Source: Azolla caroliniana (lineage: Eukaryota; Plantae; Polypodiophyta). Taken from it: DNA of 64,000 nucleotides. A model generated the notes under the pieces. The model was not told the origin of the DNA. It searched no databases and saw nothing but the letters and a program-made list of their open reading frames with translations. Shown here piece by piece: positions 38,101 to 49,350 of this stretch. The translations under genes and the position numbers were made by a program. The DNA is taken from NCBI GenBank assembly GCA_043228905.1, contig JBHGNT010000009.1, positions 3,224,001-3,288,000 of the forward strand, given 5' to 3'. Position 1 is the stretch's first letter. Each line of letters starts with the position of its first letter.

Positions 38101-38695
38101 CAACCCTCGTGCCGAGGACCATTTGGAGAGGCTACGCAAGATCCAGATGGATCTCTCTACTCACCTTCGTCATGCTCAAAACACACAGAAGACTTATGCG
38201 GATCGTCATCGGATTCCCTCCTCTTTTGCCATCGGAGATCGAGTATGGCTCTTACGTCGTCACATCAAGACTACTCGACCGTGCGACAAGTTGGATTATC
38301 GACGACTCGGTCCTTTCCGTATTACGGGGAAGATTAATGATGTCACCTTCCGCCTGGATCTCCCTCCGCAGCTTCAGATACATCCGGTTTTCCATTGTTC
38401 TCTTCTTGAACCTTATAAAGCAAACACCATTCCCGATCGTGTGACACCACCGCCGCCCCCGCTGGAGTTGGACGCCGGCCCGGAGTATGAAGTTGCTGCC
38501 ATCCTCGATTCCAAACTTGTTCGCAACAAACTTTATTACTTGGTCGATTGGCTCGGTTATAGTCCGAGCGAACGTACTTGGGAACCCGTCGAGAATGTTG
38601 CCAATGCACAAGATCTTCTTGCTGATTTCCACCGAAAGTATCCGGACAAACCCGGTCCGCAGTTAGCGCCGACTCGTTCCACTCGTCGTCTTTAA
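35111..38695 (+). CDS. pol: Pol (protease-RT-RNase H-integrase-chromodomain), -1 frame relative to gag
   Basis: LLDSGA; YLDD; EADASD..DKELLAI; H..H..CDAC zinc finger; LDFITD..SDRG..E integrase core; GPF; EYEVAAILDSK..YLVDWLGY..TWEP chromodomain. Frame is open from 35111 (stop at 35108-35110) and has no ATG before the protease motif. Confidence 0.95.
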   Translation, partial: RVKRLSPAKIGAIWLDSSPRSVQPISGSIPSKQVSNVFLAQVIVSTKSTPPVPVLALLDSGANSCFMDRNFAQASQISLRKLPCPASVVVIDGRPIASGNIVEESEPIQVVLGSFVCIISFNIISSPEHPIVLGLPWLELHNPAIDWRTREVRYRPPQESTHRVSTISLHQLREEGPKEAMFLFAISVHPSSTIKKDSSIQLPAKYHPYADVFDKVKAGTLPHHRPYDCPIDLQPGTEPPWGPIYNLSPTELEVLRAYIEENLASGFIRHSKSPAGAPIFFVKKKDGSLRLVVDYRGLNKVTIRNRYALPLISSLLERVNGAKFFTKIDLRGAYNLVRIRPGDEWKTAFRTRYGHFEYTVMPFGLTNAPAVFQHMANDIFRDLLDICLIIYLDDLLIYSKTQEEHDSHVLLVLKRLRENGLYAKLEKCSFDCKQVEFLGYVISSKGIAMDPAKIQTILEWQIPRSVRDVQCFLGFANFYRKFIQDYSKIILPLTQLTKKGQAFLWSIEADMAFRHLKKAFTSAPILAHVDTSKPFIMEADASDFALGSILSQQGDKEELHPVAFHSRKFNVAEINYEIHDKELLAIVDSFVQWRHFLEGSPHQVIVFSDHKNLAYFQNARVLNRRQARWAQFLTRFNFEITYRPGKQQGKADALSRRSYLAPRPGDATFDNQKQVILGPTRLHTTRIFHTPMDSRITDDIRATLKTDSFAQDILAHIDTSRASCSQSQQPGIDYRQFEYHDGLLFFKKRVYVPDCSCRLQIVQHCHDTHTAGHFGSTKTLELVQRSFWWPHMRRFVDDYVRTCDACCRAKMPRHHPYGLLEPLPIPSKPWQSICLDFITDLPVSKGFDAILTVVDRYTKMAHFVPCTKAITSEETAALVMREVFRHHGLPDSIISDRGPQFVSKFWQHLFRMLKVSCNLSSGYHPQTDGQAERTNQTLEQYLRCFLSYQQDDWAEILHFAEFAYNNAIHSSTRVSPFLAYTGFHPRWSVIDTPELPTNPRAEDHLERLRKIQMDLSTHLRHAQNTQKTYADRHRIPSSFAIGDRVWLLRRHIKTTRPCDKLDYRRLGPFRITGKINDVTFRLDLPPQLQIHPVFHCSLLEPYKANTIPDRVTPPPPPLELDAGPEYEVAAILDSKLVRNKLYYLVDWLGYSPSERTWEPVENVANAQDLLADFHRKYPDKPGPQLAPTRSTRRL
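35114..35168 (+). promoter_or_regulatory. Putative -1 ribosomal frameshift signal (G_UUA_AAC + stem/pseudoknot)
   Basis: Slippery heptamer 35114-35120 in gag phase; 6-nt spacer; 11-bp stem 35127-35137 / 35148-35158; loop TAGG can pair with CCTA at 35165-35168. Confidence 0.75.
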
Positions 38696-38706
38696 GGGGG
38701 AGATAG
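38694..38706 (+). other. Polypurine tract
   Basis: AAGGGGGAGATAG immediately before the 3' LTR. Confidence 0.9.
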
Positions 38707-39137
38707 TGTCATGGCAAGACTCGAACCCATGACTTTATGCTACATGGGTCGAGCTCTTACCATTAGATTAGGAATTGTATTTTGTAGGATATTATTTTCA
38801 TTTATACTTTATCATAGAAAATTGATGTATATTCCAGATCTCTCTGGAACATTCTAGAAGCTTCAAGATTATTCCTAAAAACACTATAAAAGGAGGCACA
38901 AGGCATTGTTTTGAACCAAATTGGTTCAACGCCAGTCTTAAGCCTTTTAGCCGCTTGTACTTATCTTTTCACATAATATATAGCTGCTGTCATCATCTCT
39001 CTCATTCTCGCTATCTCTCTCTCTCTCCTCTTCTCACTTCCTCTCTCGGGAATCTTACGCAGTCCCGTCCTCTTAGTACTAATAGTACTGCTGTTCTTAG
39101 TACTAATTCCATCTCTGTTTTAGTACTATTCCTGACA
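38707..39137 (+). repeat. 3' LTR
   Basis: 431 bp, matches the 5' LTR. Confidence 0.97.
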
Positions 39138-39930
39138 GCTATCAGCTGATTCCCTGAGGGTAAAACAAGTCCCACTATATCTCAACATATCACTAACTCA
39201 TGCATTTTAACCAAAATTGGGTGGGTAACAAGGGCAAATAATAATGGACTCAATGGACATCCTTGTCTCACTAACCTTGTTAATGATATTGCCTTAGTTA
39301 CACCACCATTTAACATGACATGTGACATTGTACCCAATCCCAACATAAATGAGAGTCGAGACATCCTTGTACCAAAACCCATCTCTGGCATAAGTTGGGC
39401 ACGAAATGACCAATTTACATGATCATAAGCCTTCTCAATATCCAATTGTATCATAACAATTTCTTGTTTTGATTCCTTCACATAATCCACAGTCATTTGA
39501 TCATTTAAAATGTTATGAAGGATGTCCCTTCCTGTAATAAATTACAAAAATCCATATTGCATAGGATGTACAATAGAGGGTAATACCTTCTGAAATCTAT
39601 TGGCAATTACTTTGGTATAAATCTTGTATAAACCACCCATTAATGATATTGGCCTCCATTGACCAAATGAAGTAGGAGAAGCAACTTTAGGTATAAGTTT
39701 GATGAGCCCAATCTTCCAGGAATTAGGCATGTTACTAGAACTCCACACTTCTTGAAAGATTGTCGTAAGGGGCCCTTTAAGATCTTGAACAAATGATTTA
39801 AAAAACTCATTTGTAATTCCATCCCAACCTGGACTTTTATCATTTGCAAGATGCGATAAGACATACTCCACCTCTTCTTCTCTTATGTCCTCGTCTATAC
39901 TCATCACAACCTGTTGCCTAACATCACAAC

Positions 39931-39935
<5 letters not shown>

Positions 39936-40020
<85 letters not shown>
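39936..40020. repeat. (TC)n microsatellite between two LINEs
   Basis: Perfect TC run. Confidence 0.96.
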
Positions 40021-40023
<3 letters not shown>

Positions 40024-40972
40024 TGAAAACACACAATTATATTAAATTATAAATGTGTGTAAAAAACACTACTTACAATTGGTGTGACCATGAAGTATGG
40101 TCACCCACTAACTACATTACATAGGTAATGGAACATGTTGAATTGCCAATAGGCAAGATGAACATTCCACCGAGGAGGATTTCCACTTTCTCCAATAAAG
40201 AAAATTGCCACATTAGTACTCCCTTCAACTTTCGTAGATATGCTTTCACTCCATGTCTACCATTGAATACAAAAGCGTTGCGCATATTCCAATTATGACG
40301 CAATCCCCAATATCTCAAAAATAGAAAACCAATCTCCATCTCTGACTTTGGGTCCACCTGTGTAAATTGTGCAAACACCCATTGTCTAGGTGTCAAAACT
40401 TGCCAAATTTGAGAAACGTAACTCCAAATCAGAGAAGCAATCGGGCATTGTATAAATCGATGAGTACTATCTTCCATTTGAACTGTGCAAAAAAAGCAAT
40501 TACCCGTTGCTAGTCCACGACGGTTTAGAGCTAATCCCAAAGGCAATCCTCCAATCAAAACTCTCCAAATGAAGACCTTTGCTACAAGTGGCAATTTAGA
40601 ATGCCAACTACGTTGTAAGATTTGCCACCACCCATGATCAGATTTGTGTAATCTCCATTCTTCTTCAGCCTTAGATGATAACCATCCAAGAAACTCAACA
40701 GAGCAATGAAACAAAATATTAGTAGTCACTTGTAACAACAATGTTTGACCCTTCAAACACCAATCAATCCACGGTTGTTCTCCTGTTTGTAGAGGTAAGG
40801 GACCTTGCATCAATGGAATATTTCGTAGTTGTTGCCAAATAAACCCATAATTAGGTGGAATGCGTAATAATTGGCGTGCTTCAACAAACTCCAAAATTCT
40901 TTGACATGGAGCCTCAACTATATCTCCCACCTCTTTGACCCCTAAACGAAACAAACAATTAAATTGAGAGCG

Positions 40973-40975
<3 letters not shown>
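40021..40975 (-). mobile_element. L1/Tx1-like LINE 3' fragment (zf-RVT region), related to 30804-39935
   Basis: KVFIWRVLIGGLPL..CFFC..EDSTHRFIQCP..WNMRNAFVF; parallels the translation of 30883-32300; flanked by (TC)n on both sides. Confidence 0.85.
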
Positions 40976-41017
<42 letters not shown>

Positions 41018-41018
<1 letters not shown>

Positions 41019-43897
41019 AATTATGGAAAACTTTTGATACATATGCTAAATTGCACAAACTTGATTATCCTAAATGGTATAAAGGCATTCCCATTGACAA
41101 ATGTGCTCACATGTTTACCATCCTCGGGTGGAGGAAGTGTGGTTGATTATGCATTAATGTTGGCATGTGATCTATCATTGGTGAATGTGTTTAAAGTTGG
41201 TTCTCTATCTCCGGACTCAGACCACAAGCCATTGTACTTAGAGCTTGCAATTCCACATTCCACTAGATGTCGTGAAGGGAAAGACGAAAAGAGATGTATC
41301 ATCCGACCTTGCTACAAAAATGCTAAGATGTATGCAAATGAAGTGGAGAACCATTTGTTAAATTTTTCTGTAAGCAACGATGTTAAAGAAAATTCGCAAC
41401 ATTTGAAGGATATAATCCTTAAGGTTGGATATCAATGCTTTAAGAGACATGTGGGTGGGCATAAGGTGTGTAGTTTTCCATGTAATTCTTGGTTCAACAA
41501 TGAATGTAAGATGTATCTCAAATGGTTTAAGTCCATAGAAAGGGGGAATGAAAATATTGTTGCATGGCACATATACAAGAAAGTAGTGAGGAGAAAGAAA
41601 AGAAGATATTTCCAAATGCAAGAGATGAAAAAGAAAAACTTGTTTAAGCTCAAACCAAAATTAGCATGGGGACAACTCAAGGGTAAGAAAGAAGATGTGA
41701 AAGGTGACTTTACAAATGTAGAGATGCTAGACTATGTACAATGGTTATATATGAATGAAGGTGTGGTTCCTATGGTTGAGAAAATTGAAACTCCATGCAC
41801 TAGATGTATCAATATTGATGATGTCAATAAGGGACTAAAGAAGATGGCAAGTGGGAAAGCAGCAAATTCAACCTACGTCTCAAGTGAGCTTTTAAAATGG
41901 ACAATGCCACACACTCGTCATTGGATAATGACAATTTTAGAGCAAGTTATAAAACAAGGATTTCCAAATGATTGGCTTATGAATTGGATTAAACCAATAT
42001 TTAAAGGCGGAGATAAGAATCAAGTAGCAAATTATCGTACAATAATGGTCAACTCAACTATTGCTAATTATATAGTGCTATTATGGAGCAAAAGATAAGC
42101 ACATGGGCTATTTATATAGTGCTATTATGGAGCAAAACACTCCATCGTGGATCATTTGGTCACATTAAGAGTAATCATGGAAGAGAGTCGACTTCAACAA
42201 AACAAAACACTTCGAGGTACGGTATCAAAAGCTTTCTTGAAATCAACAAAACACTTTATTGGTGTTTTGTTGATTTCAAGAAAGCTTTTGATACCGTACC
42301 TCGAAGTGAGCTTTGGAATAGAATGGTAAACATTGACATGCCATTAGAGTACCGAGTTGCGGTTGCACGCCTATATGAACAAGTTAAATGCCAACTAAAA
42401 ATGGATAGTGGATTCTCAAAGAGCTTTTTAAGTAATATGGGGGTCAAGCAAGGATGTCCACTATCGCCCACACTCTTTGGCTTATGTATTGATAAATTAG
42501 AAGAAGTGGTGAATAAGGTTGCAAGAGAAGAAGGATGGAATGGCCCCAATTTGATGCAACATGTTATCTTATTGCTTCTATATGAAGATGATGTGGTACT
42601 CTTCTCATATGATGTTGATAGTATGCAACATTTACTTGGGGTATTAGAAGAATTTTGCCGTAGTAGTGGACTAGCAGTGAATGTGGAGAAAACAAAAATG
42701 ATGGTAGTGCAAACCATCCAACCTCATCATTACCCTATGCTCGCATATAAAGGTGAACATATACAATTTGTTAAAAGTTTTAAATATCTTGGTATTGATG
42801 TACCCGCCACAAATAAATGGAGTGCATGCTTTGATTCTAGACTCCAAGCCGGTTGGAAATCATATTACCTTTTGGAGAACCAATGCAACCAAAGTGATAC
42901 TTGTGGATGGGAAGTAAAATTAATGTTGTTCAATGCCATGGTAACTCAAGTATTGCTTTATGGAGTAGAAGTATGGGGTGGCACCATCTCTCTTAATGCA
43001 TGGAACGAGATTGAGAAAATTCAAAAGATGTTTTTAAGGAGGCAATTAGGAGTTAAATGCATTACCTCTTACCAGGTTATGCTCTTGAAAATGAGTGTTC
43101 GACCCATAGAACTATTGGCACTCCAAAGAGTATATAAATACATTACAAAAGTCAAGAATATGCCGAATCATCGATTACCACATCTTTCTTGGAATGTTGG
43201 ATGTAAGCTACAAAAGAATCATAAAAGTAAGATTCTCCCATCCGGTTGGGTTGTTGACATAAAGAAATGGTTTAGAAGATGGGGTGTGGATGATCTTTTA
43301 GAGCTTTCGGGCAATGTTATGCAATATGTAATGATTGAGGAAAGGTTGGTGGAATCATTAAGGATGAAGTGGGAGGATGCTAAGAGGACAAAGCTAGAAT
43401 ACTACATTGCAAATGTCAACCCTGAATGATGGTCTCAATATAAAGCAAAAATGTCTATTGATCGTATCCAACCTTATCTCATTACCAATATGAGTAGCAA
43501 TGCTCGTAGAGCCCTTACACTACTTCGCACTCGATCTCACAAGTTAGGTATTGAAGTTCCATCATGGTATCAAAATGTAACGAATTTGAAGACATGTAAA
43601 GTAAAGGATGAATGTCACTTGCTCTTCACATGCTCGACATATAGTGCAATTCGTTCAAGATATGTTGACATACTAAGAGGGAGTGATAACTTAAGAGCCA
43701 TACTTAAGACACCACCTAGAAGGTTGAGCTCATATGTGTATGCTTTATTAACACATAGAGACTTTGTGCTTCAACATATGAATACCCCTTCTTAGGAAGG
43801 AGACATATATCAAGAACACATGTATACTCTGGTCCCATAGGTCAAAATTGGCCTCTTTATGGATGATAAAAATTCTAATTCTAATTCTAAAATTCTA

Positions 43898-43900
<3 letters not shown>
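41018..43900 (+). mobile_element. 5'-truncated RTE/RTEX-like LINE (endonuclease end, RT, C-terminal Zn motif), frameshifted
   Basis: SVVDY..SDH; NYRTI; FVDFKKAFDTVPR; GVKQGCPLSPTLF; LLYEDD; FKYLG; RTRSHKLGIE..DECHLLFTC; (AATTCT)n-type tail at ~43871-43900; clade assignment tentative. Confidence 0.85.

Positions 43901-43901
<1 letters not shown>

Positions 43902-43942
<41 letters not shown>
43902..43942. repeat. (GT)n microsatellite
   Basis: Perfect GT run. Confidence 0.95.
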
Positions 43943-43945
<3 letters not shown>

Positions 43946-44042
43946 GTCTGTATTCTCATCTCTGTTCTATCCATTTCGCGGATCTACTTGAGTCTCTAAG
44001 CCCGTGTGCTCATCTTCTAGAATCTGGCAGCAAGTACACAGT

Positions 44043-44372
44043 GTGAGTGAGTAAGAGAGAGACTAAGTAGAACATACAACAATAAACCTCTATTCAAAAT
44101 GTTCTCAATACAGGCAAATGTGCTCATTGAGCACTTTATATACAAGCCCATTCTCAGGGGCTGACACAAGTACTTGAATGCTCTTTAATGAGCCTCTAAC
44201 ACTAATAAGAATATAAGCCTACAATATTCCTATTGCTAAAATAAGAATATAGACCTCTAATGGCCTGTCAGCTCCCAATCGATCCGGTTGTCGGGTTCTT
44301 CACCTGATCCTTCAACCGATCTGGCTTTCGGCTTTTTCAGCCAATCCGGCATGTTGAACTTGTCACTCAACA
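44043..44372 (-). mobile_element. Partial Copia LTR, diverged relative of 27886-28264
   Basis: gtgagtgagtaagagagagact..ttcaaaatgttct..gagcctctaacactaat..cttgtcactcaaca shared, same orientation, with substitutions and indels. Confidence 0.75.
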
Positions 44373-45047
44373 TTCTTCATCATCTTCTTCTTCTTAACTC
44401 GAGAACACATATTTTCACGTGTGATGTCTTCAGTGTCTCCGATCTCGGAAAACTTCATATTTCCAAGTTTCTAGATTCTCTTAACCAAAAGTTTTATTCA
44501 CTTAAACTACTTGATTTTCGTAACTTGTCACTATTTTGTACTATCCAACCATACCATACGGAGTCGAAATTTCTAGAAAAACTTGTATGTTTTCATTTTG
44601 ATTTCGGATTTGTTCACAGAAGTTTAAATTTGTATCTTTCTACAAGGACAAAGTTGCCCATAATGATTACCACAAAACCTTATTCAAGCATCCCCATTAT
44701 TTGGCCAAAATCCCATAAACAAGCAACCAAATATCAGCATGCACAAGCCCTTCCCTATGGTGGAAGCAAATAAGGAGCTATCTTCGAAGCCCTTCCCTAA
44801 GGAGGAAGTAATGAAGTGCTAGCTACACTCTTTCAAGCCATGTCATGATGGCAAAACAATATTCTTAACATGGAGCAAGAAAGTTGATAACCCACATGCA
44901 TGTTATATATATTGCTCCTCTCTAAGTGGGCAAACTACCTATTTTATGGTAGAATATTTTAAAGATGGACTACAAATTTCAAAGAATTTGTGGAAGGGAT
45001 ATTTAAATTTTGGTATCAAAAGAGGCAAAAAGTGATAAGCGGATTTT

Positions 45048-47870
45048 ATTTTATTTTATTTCTTTTATTTTTCCAAAAAAAAACTCCTTCCATTAGTTAT
45101 AAAATTTTACATATAAGATTAGTATATACAAATCCCTGTAGGGACACGATAGGTTCATCTTATGTGGATGCCCACCGACTCAATAAAGGGGGAGGATGAC
45201 CATTGTTGGATGAAGGCTAGTCGTTGTCTTTCAACTCCATCGGAGTCACCCTTGAGGCCATCATATTGGCTCTTGAGAGTGGCTATCACTTCACTCCATA
45301 TCTCTTGCATTAACACTATTGGTTGCACAGTTTGGTTGGAGAAGACCCGTCTACATTGTTGTTTCCATAGAATCCAAAGAGTTATTGGGCTGACCAATTC
45401 CAACACAACTTGAGATTTGGCATTGATAGGAGTTGAGTGGACATTGTCGATGGTGGAGAAAAAAACCTCTTGTGCTTTTATAACCAAAGTCATCCCCTCT
45501 TCCTAATTCTCATATCTGTCAACTGGGGCCTGCCATGATAGCCAACATACATTCCCCCACTTGATTGAGCCTTGCACCTGGCATAATTGCAATAAGCGGC
45601 CAACCCCCCACCATATTCGATGGGACTCTGGGCAGTCCCATAGAGTGTGTCGTATTGATTCTACTACAGTTGGACACGCTACACAATTAGGAGAGTTGAG
45701 GTTCCCACGCTGCCATGCACCAACCGATAGTGACTTATGTATTAATAGCCATTGGAAAGTGGCGATTCGCCTCGCGTGTTGTTGTTTCCAAAGTTTTTGC
45801 CAAAACTTGGTGATAATTGTGTTAGGAACATGATATGTTTTCCAGACCTTTGCAGCAGCCGGATCTCGGGCAGATTGAGTGGCTATAATATGGCGACCCA
45901 GTCTAGTTGTGAATTGAAAGAAAGGGATAGGTTTGCTTCCTTGCACTGCGTAAGGATAACACCATGTCCATTGCAAAGGGTCCCAACTGACCTTACATAG
46001 CGATGTGTTTTCATGAGTACATATGTGCCAATCTGGTTGTACTTTGATCGGATCAAGATCTACAATCCATTTATGCCCAGTATATGCTAGTACTCGAATT
46101 GCCTTACGTTGTGTTGATGCCTCGTTGTCCTGCAGTTCAAAGCCTTCGATCTTGTCCGGTGTGTCCCTACCTCTTGGGAGCACAAAGCCCTCCTCCTTGT
46201 AGCCTATCCATTTCTCCGTTGTTGTCCTTTGATGAGCAGCTTCCCTAATCAGTAGAGCGTTAATGATTTCAGATCTCATAGCCCATCCGCCCCTGATTCC
46301 ATGGAGGATGTTGGCTTGGTCTTGCATTGGCAATGACATAAACCATCTCCAACATTCCATACTTTTTCCTGGACCTTCTGACATGTATCCCCATGACAGC
46401 CCCTTACTTGATCCAATTAGTTGATTAGATTCATCCCTAATACATGGGTTCCAAATGATACGTTGACTGAGCCAGGCAAGTTCGGAATTGGGTTGATCGC
46501 ACTTGAGTCCTCGTCTAATGTCACACCACGCCTTCCAGATGGATGCATTAAATCTATCCTCCAGTTGGCGGGAGAAACTAGGTTTGAGATCCATGTTTAG
46601 AATCCATCCAGTTTGGGGGGGCCACTTGGTCCCTTTTCGTGGCCTAAGTAAGTGAAGCATAACCGCAATAACATTTTCCAACAGTCATTCCCTGGTTGGA
46701 GTCCTCGCACCACACATTTGGTGAGTAGGGCTTTTGATTGTGAGAGGGGATCAATAAAACCCAATCCTCCTCTCGACTTAGGTGATGTGAGTATAGGCCA
46801 TGCCACCTTGGCCCGAGTTGCATGATCTTCCTTACCAGACCAAATGTAGTTGCATACCAGTCGTTGAATCTGGTGTATACTTTCCTTGGAGATTGCCCAG
46901 CATGATAGGTTGTACCATGCTTTTGCGAGTAATACCTGGTTTGCCACTATGATGCGCCCTGCTAGCAAGAGTTTTTTCGAACTCCAATGTATTAACTTTT
47001 GTTGTATGGAGTCAATAACTGGTGTAATCATAATCTCCGGAGGCATGTTGAACCCAATTTGGAAACCCAAATATTTGGAGCTCTCACGTTGATTGATCCA
47101 CTTGAAAGCAGGATCTGGGGGCCACGCAAGGTATGCATCATGAGAGAGCCATATTGCACAGGATTTGTGCCAATTGATCATGGCATTGGATCGCTTGCAA
47201 AATACGTCTAGACCACTTTCTAGCTTTTGTAAATTTTCCAAGTCGCCTTGCAAGTAGACTGAGGTGTCATCTACAAATTCTATATCTAGGAGGCTTTGGT
47301 GAGAATGCGGCACACGAAGACCACATAGGCTTAGATGTCACGAGTTGAGAAAGCTAGAGAGTGCTTCGGTGTATAATAGAAATAAGGATGGAGCCAATGG
47401 GCAGCCCTGTCGTACAGACCACAATATTCGGAAGAAAGGGCCCCTTTCACCTGCTAGTGAAACACAGCTTGTGGTGTTCCTATAAAGTCCTGCAATGCCT
47501 TTGATCCATGATTCGTGAAAGCCGAGTTTCCCCATCACACTTTCAAGAAATTTCCAGCATACCCTATCATATGCTTTCTCAAAATCTAGGAGCACCACAA
47601 CTACCTTGTTGTTGGTACGCTTAGTAAGGGCTACTACTTCCCAAAATGAGAAGAGATTGTCTAGGATGATCCAATTTCTAACAAAACCTGTATGGGACGG
47701 ATGAATGAGCTGAGGGAGAAGTGGTGCTAAGCGGCGTGCCACGATTTTTGCGAGCAACTTATAGACATTATTGAGGAGAGTTATGGGCCGCCACTTACTA
47801 ATGTCATTGGCACTTCCACCACTTTTAGGAATGAGATGTATCATCCCCTATCCAAATTCCTCTGGCATGT
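45048..47870 (-). mobile_element. 5'-truncated L1/Tx1-like LINE with intact insertion signature
   Basis: WRPITLLN, LDFEKAYDRV, RQGCPLAP, FVDD, KYLG, GGLG, C..C..ESIRHTLWDC; A-rich 3' tail; 12-bp TSD TAAGCGGATTTT at 45036-45047 and 47871-47882. Confidence 0.93.
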
Positions 47871-49099
47871 TAAGCGGATTTTTATGCCAATCTACAACTT
47901 TTATGTGTACATGATATATCATATTTTCAAATGATTCCTTATCTAAAGTATCTATAAACAAATATTACATGTATGTGTCTATCCATGATCATATCTTAAG
48001 AAAACCTTCTTTTCATGTTATTTTCAAGATGATACAAGGTACCATTTTAGCTTCCCTTACAATAGTTTGCTTCCCTTTGAGCTCAAGTTGTGCAATCACA
48101 TTATTTTCAAGCTATTATTTTAAGATGGTGTCACGTAAACACATGTGCACCTGCTATTTTATGTGAAGTTCTCAAGTGATAACATACTTAATAGTTATCC
48201 CACACCATAGAATTGAATATTACAATTCATACCCTCATTCCTTTTAGAATTGACCCACGTGTACTGATCACAAGATTAGGGAATAGTACATAAAACCTAT
48301 GTCATGATCAGTTATGGTTATGCACATAACAAGGAGATCCTCAAGTTTCAGTGTAGCATCCCAGTAGACGACGACCACATTGCCTCTTGTCGTTGTTGGT
48401 CTTACATGGCTGCTAGATTTACAACCATAAGCCCATTCAAAATTCTAGCAATACGGTCATAACCATAAATTATCCCATGGTAAGTTTTATCGTAGTATTC
48501 TATACACGAGGACAAAGTGTGAGGATTAATCGAGAGAGTAAAGAAGGGAAGATTAATTCGTAATCCTACGAATTGAGAAAACCCATAAAGGCCAAGTGTG
48601 AACTTGCCTAGGGGGCTTAGTTTTGGCTATAAATATGAGGCCTAGCTACCCTCATTAGGGACATCATTCGACTACGTCGAGACTCTAATCTTGTGGTGAT
48701 CAAACTCTTGTAGTGAGCGCGCAAGTACTAGGTACGAATTGATGCCAAGGCAGTGGTATGGGACGCTGATCGAGGCTCGAGTCTGTCTCGATCCCTTCAC
48801 TCAAGAGTGGCCAGTTGGATCGGCACCCTTCTTTCTCTCTCCTTTCTTATCTATCTATCTATTATTTCCTTGTCATATGCTTACATTAGGATTAAGCTCT
48901 CACATAATGCTTCCCCCTTGTGCAAAAGTTTGACCCTCGACATTGAGCTTTCTTCTCCCTTATATAGATCTCTTGAGCTCCTCCTGAAAATGAAATGTTC
49001 TTTCTTTTTGCATGCACGTTAATTACCTTCCCTTAGTGCATGGTGTCAATCCATTTTCAATTCCCTCATTTGTTTAATTGAAGTCTACATAATTTCTCC

Positions 49100-49350
49100 T
49101 TGTCCGAACGGGACTCAAACCACTAACTTTTCGCTCCTAGTCCATACAGTACAGTTGAACCGCTAACCTTTCATTCCTAATATAACCTCTTGTTCCATAC
49201 AAAACTCAAACCACTTCGCCATTTATTCCTAGTATAAGCTCCTAGTCCATACAAGACTTGAACCACTAACCTTTCATTCCTAGTATAAGCTCTTGGTCCA
49301 TACAGGACTCGAACGCGTTATAACCTTTCATTCTTAGTATGAGCTCTTGA
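49100..49350 (-). repeat. ~5 x ~50-bp imperfect tandem repeat containing a Pol III B-box-like motif
   Basis: Unit ~gtccatacaggactcgaaccactaacctttcattcctagtataagctcttg; the minus strand of this consensus reads ..aggttagtGGTTCGAGTCCtg.. Confidence 0.75.

Larger units (their letters stand above)
33469..39137 (+). mobile_element. Intact Ty3/gypsy chromovirus LTR retrotransposon (Tf1/sushi/Tcn1-like)
   Basis: 431-bp LTRs TG..CA; 5-bp TSD GCTAT at 33464-33468 and 39138-39142; uninterrupted gag and pol; PPT; chromodomain. Confidence 0.97.
30804..39935 (-). mobile_element. 5'-truncated L1/Tx1-like LINE, split by a solo LTR (31128-31947) and the gypsy element (33469-39137)
   Basis: KSPGWDG, WRPISL, LDIEKAYD, RQGCPLSPLLF (39182-39935); LADD, HLGYPIG, GGAGL (32431-33468); zf-RVT-like region and IWNLWN (30883-32300); removing both inserts and one TSD copy restores collinearity; T-rich tail at 30804-30818. 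Confidence 0.9.

Noticed and set aside
33717-39149. Twin 62/64-aa ORFs MYLSFHIIYS..
   Set aside because: Translations of the LTR R/U5 regions from a non-ATG start
48500-48920. LTR-like segment with TATAAATA
   Set aside because: No TG..CA boundaries, TSD or second copy found
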